This document shows, piece by piece, positions 23,201 to 35,109 of a stretch of 64,000 nt of DNA. The position numbers were made by a program, and so were the translations under genes. Under the pieces are notes generated by a model, which did not search any database, had not been told where the DNA came from, and saw nothing but the letters and a program-made list of their open reading frames with translations. The DNA lies in contig NC_086126.1 in the NCBI RefSeq assembly GCF_963921235.1, positions 18,476,001 through 18,540,000 of the forward strand. The letters are read 5' to 3'. The stretch comes from Mobula hypostoma. Lineage: Eukaryota. Every line of letters begins with the position of its first letter. The stretch's first letter is position 1.

Positions 23201-26120
23201 GGGCTAAGAGAGTTGTAAAAGAGCGCCTGAAGGCTTTATGTGTCAATGCAAGGAGCATTCGTAATAAGGTGGATGAATTGAAAGTGCAGATTGTTATTAA
23301 TGATTATGATATAGTTGGGATCACAGAGACATGGCTCCAGGGTGACCAGGGATGGGAGCTCAACGTTCAGGGATATTCAATATTCAGGAGGGATAGACAT
23401 GAAGGAAGGGGAGGTGGGGTGGCGTTGCTGGTTAAAAAAGAGATTAACGCAATAGAAAGGAAGGACATAAGCCGGGAAGATGTGGAATCGATATGGGTAG
23501 AGCTGCGTAACACTAAGGGGCAGAAGACGCTGCTGGGAGTTGTGTACAGGCCACCTAACAGTAGTAGTGAGGTCGGAGATGGTATTAAACAGGAAATTAG
23601 AAATGTGTGCAATAAAGGAACAGCAGTTATAATGGGTGACTTCAATCTACATGTAGACTGGGTGAACCAAATTGGTAAAGGTGCTGAGGAAGAGGATTTC
23701 TTGGAATGTATGCGGGATGGTTTTTTGAACCAACATGTCGAGGAACCGACTAGAGAGCAGGCTATTCTGGACTGGGTTTTGAGCAATGAGGAAGGGTTAA
23801 TTAGCGATCTTGTCGTGAGAGGCCCCTTGGGTAAGAGTGACCATAATATGGTGGAATTCTTCATTAACATGGAGAGTGACGTAGTTAATTCAGAAACAAA
23901 GGTTCTGAACTTAAAGAGGGGTAACTTTGAAGGTATGAGACATGAATTAGCTAAGATAGACTGGCAAATGACACTTCAAGGATTGACGGTGGATATGCAA
24001 TGGCAGGCATTTAAAGGTTGCATGGATGAACTACAACAATTGTTCATCCCAGTTTGGCAAAAGAATAAATCAAGGAAGGTAGTGCACCCGTGGCTGACAA
24101 GAGAAATTAGGGATAGTATCAATTCCAAAGAAGTAGCATACAAATTAGCCAGAGAAAGTGGCTCACCTGAGGACTGGGAGAAATTCAGAGTTCAGCAGAG
24201 GAGGACAAAGGGCTTAATTAGGAAGGGGAAAAAAGATTATGAGAGAAAACTGGCAGAGAACATAAAAACGGACTGTAAAAGCTTTTATAGATATGTAAAA
24301 AGGAAAAGACTGATAAAGACAAATGTAGGTCCCCTGCAAACAGAAACAGGTGAATTGATTATGGGGAGCAAGGACATGGCAGACCAATTGAATAATTACT
24401 TTGGTTCTGTCTTCACTAAGGAGGACATAAATAATCTTCCAGAAATAGTAAGGGACAGAGGGTCCAGTGAGATGGAGGAACTGAGCGAAATACATGTTAG
24501 TAGGGAAGTGGTGTTAGGTAAATTGAAGGGATTGAAGGCAGATAAATCCCCAGGGCCAGATGGTCTGCATCCCAGAGTGCTTAAGGAAGTGGCCCAAGAA
24601 ATAGTGGATGCATTAGTGATAATTTTTCAAAACTCGTTAGATTCTGGACTAGTTCCTGAGGATTGGAGGGTGGCTAATGTAACCCCACTTTTTAAAAAAG
24701 GAGGGAGAGAGAAACCGGGGAATTATAGGCCGGTTAGCCTAACGTCGGTGGTGGGGAAACTGCTGGAGTCAGTTATCAAGGATGTGATAACAGCACATTT
24801 GGAAAGCGGTGAAATGATCGGACAAAGTCAGCATGGATTTGTGAAAGGAAAATCATGTCTGACGAATCTCATAGAATTTTTTGAGGATGTAACTAGTAGA
24901 GTGGATAGGGGAGAACCAGTGGATGTGGTATATTTGGATTTTCAAAAGGCTTTTGACAAGGTCCCACACAGGAGATTAGTGTGCAAACTTAAAGCACATG
25001 GTATTGGGGGTAAGGTATTGGTGTGGGTGGAGAATTGGTTAGCAGACAGGAAGCAAAGAGTGGGAATAAACGGGACCTTTTCAGAATGGCAGGCGGTGAC
25101 TAGTGGGGTACCGCAAGGCTCAGTGCTGGGACCCCAGTTGTTTACAATATATATTAATGACTTGGATGAGGGAATTAAATGCAGCATCTCCAAGTTTGCG
25201 GATGACACGAAGCTGGGTGGCAGTGTTAGCAGTGAGGAGGATGCTAAGAGGATGCAGGGTGACTTGGATAGGTTGGGTGAGTGGGCAAACTCATGGCAGA
25301 TGCAATTTAATGTGGATAAATGTGAAGTTATCCACTTTGGTGGCAAAAATAGGAAAACAGATTATTATCTGAATGGTGGCCGATTAGGAAAAGGGGAGGT
25401 GCAACGAGACCTGGGTGTCATTATACACCAGTCATTGAAAGTGGGCATGCAGGTACAGCAGGCGGTGAAAAAGGCGAACGGTATGCTGGCATTTATAGCG
25501 AGAGGATTCGAGTACAGGAGCAGGGAGGTACTACTGCAGTTGTACAAGGCCTTGGTGAGACCACACCTGGAGTATTGTGTGCAGTTTTGGTCCCCTAATC
25601 TGAGGAAAGACATCCTTGCCATAGAGGGAGTACAAAGAAGGTTCACCAGATTGATTCCTGGGATGGCAGGTCTTTCATATGAAGAAAGACTGGATGAACT
25701 GGGCTTGTACTCGTTGGAATTTAGAAGATTGAGGGGGGATCTGATTGAAACGTATAAGATCCTAAAGGGATTGGACAGGCTAGATGCGGGAAGATTGTTC
25801 CCGATGTTGGGGAGGTCTAGAACGAGGGGTCACAGTTTGAGGATAGAGGGGAAGCCTTTTAGGACCGAGGTTAGGAAAAACTTCTTCACACAGAGAGTGG
25901 TGAATCTGTGGAATTCTCTGCCACAGCAAACTGTTGAGGCCAGTTCATTAGCTATGTTTAAAAGGAAGTTAGATATGGCCCTTGTGGCTACAGGGGTCAC
26001 GGGGTATGGAGGGAAGGCTGGGTTCTGAGTTGGATGATCAGCCATGATCATAATAAATGGCGGTGCAGGCTCGAAGGGCCGAATGGCCTACTCCTGCACC
26101 TATTTTCTATGTTTCTATGT
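23201..26120 (+). mobile_element. Young 5'-truncated CR1 LINE, present in copy A only
   Basis: Uninterrupted ORF2 and a TTTCTATG-type tail. The empty site in copy B reads AGGCAACAAAAAAAGTCAT (about 52584-52602). Confidence 0.93.
23269..26028 (+). CDS. CR1 ORF2: APE endonuclease plus reverse transcriptase (919 aa; frame open back to 23203)
   Basis: NARSI, GITETW, VYRPP, GDFN, SDHN; KSPGPDGLHP, NYRPVSLTS, YLDFQKAFDKVPH, GVPQGSVLGP, KFADDTKL, RPHLEYCVQFW, RGHSL. Confidence 0.93.
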   Translation: MDELKVQIVINDYDIVGITETWLQGDQGWELNVQGYSIFRRDRHEGRGGGVALLVKKEINAIERKDISREDVESIWVELRNTKGQKTLLGVVYRPPNSSSEVGDGIKQEIRNVCNKGTAVIMGDFNLHVDWVNQIGKGAEEEDFLECMRDGFLNQHVEEPTREQAILDWVLSNEEGLISDLVVRGPLGKSDHNMVEFFINMESDVVNSETKVLNLKRGNFEGMRHELAKIDWQMTLQGLTVDMQWQAFKGCMDELQQLFIPVWQKNKSRKVVHPWLTREIRDSINSKEVAYKLARESGSPEDWEKFRVQQRRTKGLIRKGKKDYERKLAENIKTDCKSFYRYVKRKRLIKTNVGPLQTETGELIMGSKDMADQLNNYFGSVFTKEDINNLPEIVRDRGSSEMEELSEIHVSREVVLGKLKGLKADKSPGPDGLHPRVLKEVAQEIVDALVIIFQNSLDSGLVPEDWRVANVTPLFKKGGREKPGNYRPVSLTSVVGKLLESVIKDVITAHLESGEMIGQSQHGFVKGKSCLTNLIEFFEDVTSRVDRGEPVDVVYLDFQKAFDKVPHRRLVCKLKAHGIGGKVLVWVENWLADRKQRVGINGTFSEWQAVTSGVPQGSVLGPQLFTIYINDLDEGIKCSISKFADDTKLGGSVSSEEDAKRMQGDLDRLGEWANSWQMQFNVDKCEVIHFGGKNRKTDYYLNGGRLGKGEVQRDLGVIIHQSLKVGMQVQQAVKKANGMLAFIARGFEYRSREVLLQLYKALVRPHLEYCVQFWSPNLRKDILAIEGVQRRFTRLIPGMAGLSYEERLDELGLYSLEFRRLRGDLIETYKILKGLDRLDAGRLFPMLGRSRTRGHSLRIEGKPFRTEVRKNFFTQRVVNLWNSLPQQTVEASSLAMFKRKLDMALVATGVTGYGGKAGF

Positions 26121-26129
26121 AACATAAGA

Positions 26130-26715
26130 AGTCATAAAGAGAGGAAAAAGTTGGAATACCAAGGTAAACTAGCCACAGGTATTAAAGAGGATACCAAAAG
26201 TTTCTTCAGATATACAAAGTGTAAAAGAGAGGCAACAGTAGATATTGGGGAAGTTGTTACTGGAGAGGTAGTAATGGGGTACAGGAAAATGGCAGACAAA
26301 CTGAATAAGTATTGTGCATTGGTCTTCACTGGGGAAGTCATCAGCAGTCTGCTGGAAATTCGAGAGAATCAGGGGGCAGAAATGAGTAATTTTGCCTTTA
26401 CTAGGGAGATGGTCCTTGGGAAACTGAAAGGTCTGAAGGTAGATAATTCACCTGGACCAGATTGTCTACACCAGTGCTATGAAAGATGCGGCTGAAGAGA
26501 TTGTGGCAGTTTTAATAATAATCATTTCCAGAGAACAGGAAAATTGCAAAGGTCATCCACTTTTAAAGAAGAGAGGGAAGCAGAAGAAAGCAAATCATAG
26601 GCCAGTTAGTCCGATCTCAGTGGTTGGGAAGATGATGGAGTCGATTGTCAAGGATGTATTTTCAGGTACTTGGCAACACATGAAAAAATAGGCCAAAGTC
26701 AGCATGGTTTCCTTT
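26130..26715 (+). mobile_element. Old CR1 ORF2 fragment that hosts the young CR1 (duplicate at about 52560-53180)
   Basis: KEDTKSFFRY, KLKGLKVDNSPGPD, HRPVSPISVVGKM with frameshifts. Confidence 0.75.
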
Positions 26716-27780
26716 AATCAGTCCTCACCAAAGACTTGTGTATCTGCAACACGTCTTCTCAACTCTTGTACTCAGTGACATGAATGAGGAAGGCCAGCAG
26801 ATCAAACACCATCTTCACCACCATATCTAGCTGAGATGTCACTTTCAGTGAACTATACATTCACATGGACATTATTTATATAAATTACAAGTAACAAAGG
26901 TCCCGCCACCCAGTGGCACACCACTAGACAGAGACCTCCAGTCTGTGGCACAACCCTCAACCATCAGGCTCTGCCTCCTGTCACGGAGGCAATTATGAAA
27001 TCAATCAACTGTCTCCCCAGATCCTGTTTTCGAGATCTAACCTTCCGGACTATAGTCAAAGGCCTGGCTAATGTCCATATAGACAACATCCACAGCCCTA
27101 ACCTCATCTACGCCCTTGTGAAACCCCTCAAAGGGCTGCAAGAAATTACCAGACATAATTTCCCTTGCACAAAACTGTGCTGACTGTCCTGATTCAAATG
27201 AAATGTTGGTGGATCCTGTTCTTCAGAAACTCCAACAAATTACAGAGTGATAGGCCTGTAGTTTCCACAACCCTTTTTAAACAATGGCACCGCATCAGTC
27301 CTGAAGTCATAGGAGCAGGATTAGGCTTTTTGGCCCATTCAGTCTGTTCTGTTCATCATATATCCCTCTCAACCCCATTCTCCTGCCTTCTACCCATGAA
27401 CTTTGATACCCTTAATAATAATTAAAAATCTACTAAGCTCTGCTTTAAATAAACCTACTGACTGTCTTTATGGTTGCCTATGCAAATGACATCCATTGAT
27501 TCATCACATTCTGACTGAAGAAATTACTCATCTCTATTCTACTTCATTTTATTGAGGGAGTGGTTTGGTTCTAGATTCCTCCATTATTGGAAACATCCTC
27601 TCACATCAACACTATCTAGGCCGTTCAATATTCAATGTGTTTCTATAAGATTCTCCCTCATTCTTCTAGACTCCAGTGACTACAGGCCCAGATCATCAAA
27701 TGATTATTATATCCTAACTCTTTCAGTCCTGGGATCATTCACTTGAATTTCCACTCCAGCCTCTGCAATGCCAGCACATC

Positions 27781-29296
27781 CATAGAACCACAGAAACTAC
27801 AGCACAGAAATAGGCTCTTTGGCCCTTCTTGGCTGTGCCGAACCATTTTCTGCCTAGTCCCACTGACCTGCACACGGACCATATCCCTCCATACACCATG
27901 TATCTGTCCAATTTATTCTTAAATGTTAAAAAAGAACCCGCATTTACCACCTCGTCTGGCAGCTCATTCCATACTCCCACCACTCTCTGTGTGAAGAAGC
28001 CCCTCCTTAATGTTCCCTTTAAACTTTTCCCCCCTCACCCTTAACCCATGTCCTCTGGTTTTTTTCTCCCCTTGCCTCAGTGGAAAAAGCCTGCTTGCAT
28101 TCATTCTATCTATACCCATCATAATTTTATATACCTCTATCAAATCTCCCCTCATTCTTCTACGCTCCAGGGAATAAAGTCCTAATCTATTCAACCTTTC
28201 TCTGTAACTGAGTTTCTCAAGTCCCGGCAACATCCTTGTAAACCTTCTCTGCACTCTTTCAACCTTATTTATATCCTTCCTGTAATTTGGTGACCAAAAC
28301 TAAACACAATACTCCAGATTCAGCCTCACCAATGCCTTATACAACCTCATCATAACATTCCAGCTCTTATACTCAATACTTCGATTAATAAAGGCTAATG
28401 TACCAAAAGCTCTCTTTATGACCTTATCTACCTGTGATGACACTTTGAGGGAATTTTGTATCTGTATTCCCAGATCCCTCTGTTCCACTGCACTCCTCAG
28501 TGCCTTACCATTAACCCTGTATGTTCTACGTTGGTTTGTCCTTCCAACGTGCAATACCTCACACTTGTCAGTATTAAACTCCATCTGCCATTTTTCAGCC
28601 CATTTTTCCCGATGGTCCAAGTCCCTCTGCAGGCTCTGAAAACCTTCCTCACTGTCTACTACACCTCCAATCTTTGTATCATCAGCAAACTTGCTGATCC
28701 AATTTACCACATTATCATCCAGATCATTGATATAGATGACAAATAACAATGGACCCAGCACAGATCCCTGTGGCACACCACTAGTCACAGGCCTCCACTC
28801 AGAGAAGCAATTCTCTACTACCACTCTCTGGCTTCTTCCATCGAGCCAATGTCTAATCCAATTTACCACCTCTCCATGTATACCCAGCGACTGAATTTTC
28901 CTAACTAACTTCCCATGCGGGACCTTGTCAAAGGCCTTACTGAAGTCCATGTAGACAATATCCACTGCCTTCCCTTCATCCACTTTCCTGGTAACCTCCT
29001 CGAAAAACTCCAGTAGATTGGTCAAACATGACCTACCACGCATAAAGCCATGTTGACTCTCCCTAATAAGCCCCTGTCTATCCAAATGTTTGTAGATTCT
29101 GTCTCTTAGTACTCCCTCCAATAACTTACCTACTACTGACGTTAAACTCACCGGCCTATAATTTCCCGGATTACTTTTCAATCCTTTTTTAAACAACGGA
29201 ACAACATGAGCCACTCTCCAATCCTCCGGCACTTCACCCGTAGACAGTGACATTGTAAATATTTCTGCCAGGGCTTCCGCAATTTCAACACTAGTC
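27781..29296 (-). mobile_element. CR1 LINE 3' fragment (RT), nested in an older CR1
   Basis: 317-aa RT piece (YMDFSKAFDKVPH, GVPQGSVLGP, KFADD), a C-terminal piece at 27964-28254, and a 3' tail at about 27781-27810. Confidence 0.9.
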
Positions 29297-32200
29297 CTTT
29301 CTTAGAAAAGTTACCCAAACCTGCTCATGATACTCCAAATAAGGTCTGACCAAAGCCTCAGCATTAGATCCTTGTTTATATTTTCTAGTTCTCTTGAAAT
29401 GCATGCAAATATTACATTTGCCTTCCTCACTGCCAAGGCAATGTGTACATTAACCTTTAGGGAATCGTGCACTAAGACCCTTTGCACAACTGATTTCTGT
29501 TCTCTCCCTGATTAGAAAGAGCCTAGGCTGTTTTCCTCCTACCAGAGTACATGACCACACACTTCATTACACTGTATTTCATCTGGCACTTCCTTGTCCA
29601 TTCTCCAAATCTGTCCAAGTGCTACTGCAGACTCCCTGCTTCCTCAACACTGCCTGCCTCTTCATATCATCCACAGTCTTGGCCTTAAAACTATCAGTTC
29701 CACATTAGTCACCCTGTCCAATCATGTGCAACCTCAACTGGTGCCTGAGATCGAGCAAAATAATCTCTCCCCTGGCCTCCACAGTGTATTCTCCAGCTTC
29801 CCACAAAGTACGAGAATGTACCTGATAAGGCCCTGGAGATTTAATAACCTTAAAGAATTTTTGCAATGGTGAAATAACTGTCAGAAATATTCATGGAAAG
29901 CCTCTCCTATTTCATTTGCCTCCACACACAGTTGGCCATGTTCACCTCCAAGGGGAACGATTCTGTGTCTAACTTACCTTTTCCTATGAATATACCAAGA
30001 GAATCTCTTGGATTTTGCTCACTTTGCCTTCTGAATCATGATATCCTCCTTTTACCCTCCTAACTTTTATTAGAGATCCTATCTCTAATAATATTCTCAA
30101 ATAATTTCCCGAGCATTGATCCAAGTCTCACCAATCTATAATGTCCGGTTTGTCTCTATTGCCTGAGGAACAACATGCCCTGGAATATCAGCATTCCCTT
30201 CTCTGATCTCACTATCCTCCACGACCACATTGATGAATACTGATGAGAAGAACTGGTTTAGTCCCTCGCACACTTCAGACATAAACTCTCTCCTCTGTGC
30301 TTGTGTTATCGTACCCTCCCCGCAGTGCCCCTTCTCACTAAAGTTATTTCTTCTTCCCGTTTCACACTTCTGATTCTCTCTAACTTCTCTCTTGCTTTTT
30401 CATGTTGCCAGAGGCTTTCTCCAATTTCTACTTCTGAAGTATTCCTTATCCTTCATTTTATTTCCGTCTGAATTCATAACATCTCTCACTATGCCCCTCT
30501 GCCAGACTTTACCATCCTTGTCTTTCCTCCTCATAGAAGCAGTTCTGTCTGAATTCTGACCCAATTGCTTTTAAACATCATTTACATGTTCAATGTAGAC
30601 AGTTGCAATTAACTGTACCCCAAATGACCACATTATCACCAGGTCCAGTCTTGTCCTTATTTACTGTTCCCAAAATGAAACTTCTGTCAATGGCCAGGCT
30701 TATTTCCCAATACAATGTTTTCTCTGACCCCCTTCCCAGGCTAGACTATCCACTTCTATGTTAAGTAACATCCCAGTATTCTTCTAACATATTCAGTGAT
30801 ATCTGAGCCCCTGACTCTAAGGGAGTCCCAGTCAACATTGGGGAAATTCGTCACCCACTACAACTACCCTGTTGCTTTTACATCTTTCATTACCTGCTAC
30901 ATTTCTGTTCCTTTATCTCCTGCTGGCATTTGGGAGGCCTGTGGTATAACCCCATCAGGGAATGCACCTCTCTTATCCCGAGCTCTATCCACATTGACTC
31001 ACTGGATGAAACCTCCAGTGTGTCCTCTCTTAGTCCCTCACCCACAATTCCATATAAAGGCTGATCTGCCATCAGCCTTCCTTGTATGTCAATCCCACTT
31101 CCCTGATTTTACAAAACATTTATCTTCCTTCTCTTTGAATCTTTTCAATTATCCAGCCTCCCTATTCATCTCAGTTGGGGAATTCCAGTGTTTGTTATAC
31201 AGTGTTTTTTTATCATATGTGGCCTTGTAGAACAGTGCAGGCGTGTACTTTGGATTCCTGCAGTCCACAATTTTGAGTGCCACAGCCCTACACAGTCATC
31301 AGATTATGTAAAGGGAGAGGGAGTTTGAATGAAGTGAACATGAGCAGTTGGCACATTTTACATGTCACAGTTCCCAAAGAAACGTTCGATTGCCCATAAT
31401 TCGGAATGTGGCAAGACGCAACAAAAAGAAGTTAGACTTAACCAGAGCGGTCATTGTATGAGTGGGCCAGGATTGGAGTGGGGAGTTGAGGTTTCGTCTC
31501 TTCTGAGAGATGTTGGCCGTAGGTAGATATATTTTGGTTTAATATTTATTTCTTTTGTATTACACATTTAGAACAGAGGGGATGCCAGACAAGATACTTG
31601 TCTTGATGGAAGGAGACAGAGGGTGGTCGTGGCAGCTTGTTATTCAGGTTGGAGGCCTCTGACCAGTGACATCCACAGGGATCGGTGCTGGTACTGTCAT
31701 TTGTCATCTATGTTAACAATTTCTCTGACATTGTAGTGACAGTGAGTTTGCAGATGACAGCAATGTTGGTGGTAGTGTGGACTGTGAAGATGGTGTGAGA
31801 TTACAATAGGATCGAGATGAACTGGGGAAGTCGGCCAAAGAATGGCAGAAGGATATTGATGTGGACAAGTGTGAGGTGTTGCATTATGAGAAGTTCAACC
31901 AGGGAAGGATCTGCACAGTAAATTCTTGTCCCTTGGAGAATATTACAGAACAGAGGGTCCATGAAATACAGAAACATCATTCACTGAAAGTGACAACACA
32001 GGTAGTCAGGATGGTGAAGGTGGTGTTTGGCATATTTGTCTTCATTGATCAGGGAACTGAGTAGAGGATTTGGGGTGCCGTATGACAACCGTAAAAGTCA
32101 AAGTGAGACCAGACTGTATTTTGCACAGTTCTGGTCATCCATTTGCAGGAAGGATGTCATGAAGCTGGCAAGTGTGGAGGGAAGTTTGATGAGGAGGTTA

Positions 32201-33852
32201 CAGACACTGGAGGACTTTAATTATCAGCAGAAGCTTGGACAGACTGGGACTCTCTTTCTCTCTCCTGAGAGAGTAAGGAGCTGTCTGGTGACCATCCAGA
32301 GGTTTACAAAATCAGTAGGCGAGCACTCTTTTTGCAGGGTAGGGAAGCCTAAATTTACAGGGTAATTGTTTAAGGTGAAGGGAAAACATTTAAAAGCTAC
32401 CTTATGGGTGGGGGATGTTGCATCTTTGATTAAGGAGACCAACACTGCAGGAATAAGAGGGGTTTTGATGAGGTCTTGTAAGTAGAGGTTTTAAATAAAA
32501 TGGTGAATGATAATTTTGATGGGATTATACTGCCGGCCTCCCAATCAGCTCAGATATTGTGCAGCAGATATGTTGGTAAATCACACAGAGGGGTCATGGG
32601 AACAAGCTTACAGCAGTTGGGCATTTCAATTTCCTCAGATTACCTTTGTATGAAAAGTTTCAGTCTCCAGGAGAAATTTGGCAGACACATGATCCGTTCA
32701 TCCCTCAGCAGAAACAGTATTTAAAAGGGAGGATGAGGCAAACATCACTAACAACAGAAGACAAAGGCAGCATAAAAGAACATGATAGGGCAAAGGATAT
32801 CATCAAATTTAACCGGAAGCTAAAGGATTATGAAACTTTAAAAAAATAGAGCACAACTATAATAACAATATGCAGAAGTCAGATGAATTATGAAAGTAAC
32901 TGGCCCATAATATAAACAAGATACAAAAAGATTTATTTTCAGATATATGAAGAGTAAAAGAGGCAAGAATGGACAAGGTTTTAGGTTTCCTATTCTCATC
33001 TTCGGACTTACGCCCCTCCCTGATCCTCTTTTTACACGATTTATTTTATTCTGTATTTCTTATTTTAACTGGTATTTTTTTTTAGAAATTGCTCTGTACT
33101 GCTGTAGCAAAACAACAAAGTTAATGACATATGTCCGTGATAATGAACATGATTTTGATACTAATCACCTTCACTGATCAATGCCAGTGCACAAAAGATT
33201 CATTAATGAGTTGGAATAACTTCCCTCAAGTTTACTTGGTAGGTTGTCGCAGATTACAGGGTGATCGTGATCACTTAGGGAAGAGGGTCAAGTGTGGCAA
33301 ATGCATTTCAATACAGATAAGTGTGAGGCGGTGCATATTGGAAAGTCAAACCAGTGTAGAACTTACACAATGAATGATCGGTCATTGGGGAGTGGAATGG
33401 GCCGGAGAGATTTAGGGGTAAAGTGCACACACAGTTTATCGAAAGTTGTGTCACGGTGAAGAACGGGGTTTAACATGCTGGCCTTCATTAGTCAGGGGAT
33501 AGAGTATATCAGTTGTGACATTATGTTACATTTGTGTAAGTGACTGAAGGCCACACTTGCCGATTTGTGTACAGCTCTTGTTACCGTTATAGGAAACGTG
33601 GTTAAACTAGGGAGAGTGTAGAAAAGATTTCCAAGGTATATTTCCCGGACCTGAGGTTCTCAGTCACACAGTCAGTTTGGCCAGACAATGTCCTTTGTCT
33701 TATTCCTTGGAATCAGAATCAGATTTATCACTGTGTTATATGACGAGGAACCTGTCGTTTTATTCTGACAGCAGTACACGCCTCTGAAGGTGCAGATGTG
33801 AACATTGTGTCAGCATAACGTCAAGAGATTCTGGGAATCGCGAACAACGCGG

Positions 33853-33972
33853 ACAAAATGCTGGAGGAACACAGCAAGTCAGGCAGCATCTCCCACCAGA
33901 GTCCTGATGAAGGGTCTCGGCCCGAAATGTCGACTGTTTATTCCCACCATTGATGCTGCCTGACTTGCTGAT
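33853..33972 (+). ncRNA. Miniature Penelope-derived hairpin insert carrying a minimal type I hammerhead ribozyme motif
   Basis: AGTC-CTGATGA-A-GGGT(CTCG)GCCC-GAAA-TG-TC-GACT at 33900-33935, inside a perfect 19-bp inverted repeat (33872-33890 / 33952-33970). Confidence 0.75.
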
Positions 33973-34372
33973 TCAGAGACAGTGTTTTAAAGCGGCGGGT
34001 GGATTAGACGAGTATCACTGTGTTTGTGGGTCCGAACACATCGCCGGATTTCCCAGCGCCTCCTGTACAAAAAGAAAAGATTTCTCTGTTACGGGATGGC
34101 CCCACTCCCCAGCTCAGTCCCGAAGCGGGAATTAACCGCAAAGTTTTAGTTAGTCTCAAAATTTCAGCCGGAAAGCAGAGAACAGGTCGACAAAATGGAG
34201 AGAGATCGCGGGCAGTGCAGTAATGAAACGGGTTAAGATAGAAAGTGCTGCCTTTAATCCCGATTAAACTCTCTTTCCAGCGAACTTTCCGGCCTCAGTG
34301 ACGGACAGGGACCAGTCCGAGTCCCCGGAATGTCCGATTTTAATTGGAATCGGAGAGTTTTTGAGGAGAGAG

Positions 34373-34444
34373 AAACACAGAAAAATGAAATCTCCGGGAG
34401 CTGACAGCAGGATGTCTCCGCCCCGTCCGCTCGCTGCCTTTAAA
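34373..34444 (+). promoter_or_regulatory. H1 promoter: H1 box, GC box, CGTCCGC element, TATA-like box
   Basis: AAACACA 34373-34379, CCGCCC about 34418, CGTCCGC 34424-34430, TTTAAA 34439-34444. Confidence 0.7.
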
Positions 34445-34519
34445 TTGCTCTGTATCGCCGCCTTTCGCTTCATTTCTCATTCAGTCTGATTGTGAGAAGG
34501 ATTTTCCAGAGTCGCCGAC

Positions 34520-34996
34520 ATGACCGAGACAGCACCCGGCGAAACGGCTCCTGCAGCCGCACCCGCCGCCGCAAAGAAGAGTCCCAAGAAGAAGGCGGCC
34601 GGCCGGAGCAAACCAGCCGGTCCCAAGCTGGGCGAACAAATCGATAAGATTGTGGCGGATTGTCGCGATAGGAAGGGTATGTCCGCTGTGGCCATCATGA
34701 AGGCTCTGACCAGCAGCGGTGTCGATGTGGGGAAACGTCGCGCCCAGATCAGGATGTGCATCAGGAAGAGAGTGGAAAGCGGCTCCCTGGTTCAGACCAA
34801 GGGCGCGGGTCTTTCGGGATCCTTTAAATCCGGTCAAGGAAAAAGTGCCGTGAAAGTGATGAAGAAAGCGAACGAGCCATCGGCAAAGAAATCTCCCGGC
34901 AAGAAGTCTGGCGCCAAGAAACCAGCGGCTAAGAAAGCGGCAGCGAAGAAACCAGCGGCGCCGAAGCCAAAGAGCCCAAGAAACTCGCAGCCCTGA
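34520..34996 (+). CDS. H1: Histone H1 copy A; C-terminally frameshifted (158 aa as assembled), possible pseudogene
   Basis: MTETAPGETAPAAA, globular domain ending GSLVQTKGAGLSGSFK, K/A/P-rich tail. 1-bp deletion at about 34977 relative to copy B; original stop changed TGA to CGA at 35032. Confidence 0.85.
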   Translation: MTETAPGETAPAAAPAAAKKSPKKKAAGRSKPAGPKLGEQIDKIVADCRDRKGMSAVAIMKALTSSGVDVGKRRAQIRMCIRKRVESGSLVQTKGAGLSGSFKSGQGKSAVKVMKKANEPSAKKSPGKKSGAKKPAAKKAAAKKPAAPKPKSPRNSQP

Positions 34997-35070
34997 AGAA
35001 GAAGGCGGCCAAGAAGACAGCAGTAAAAAAGCGAATTGAAATATACCGTTTGTTAGTGTTTCAACCCACC

Positions 35071-35109
35071 GGCTCTTCTCAGAGCCACCCACATCTCAGA
35101 AGAGAGCTG
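35071..35109 (+). terminator. Histone 3' stem-loop plus HDE (H1-A)
   Basis: GGCTCTTCTCAGAGCC 35071-35086, ACCCA, GAGAGCTG. Confidence 0.93.
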
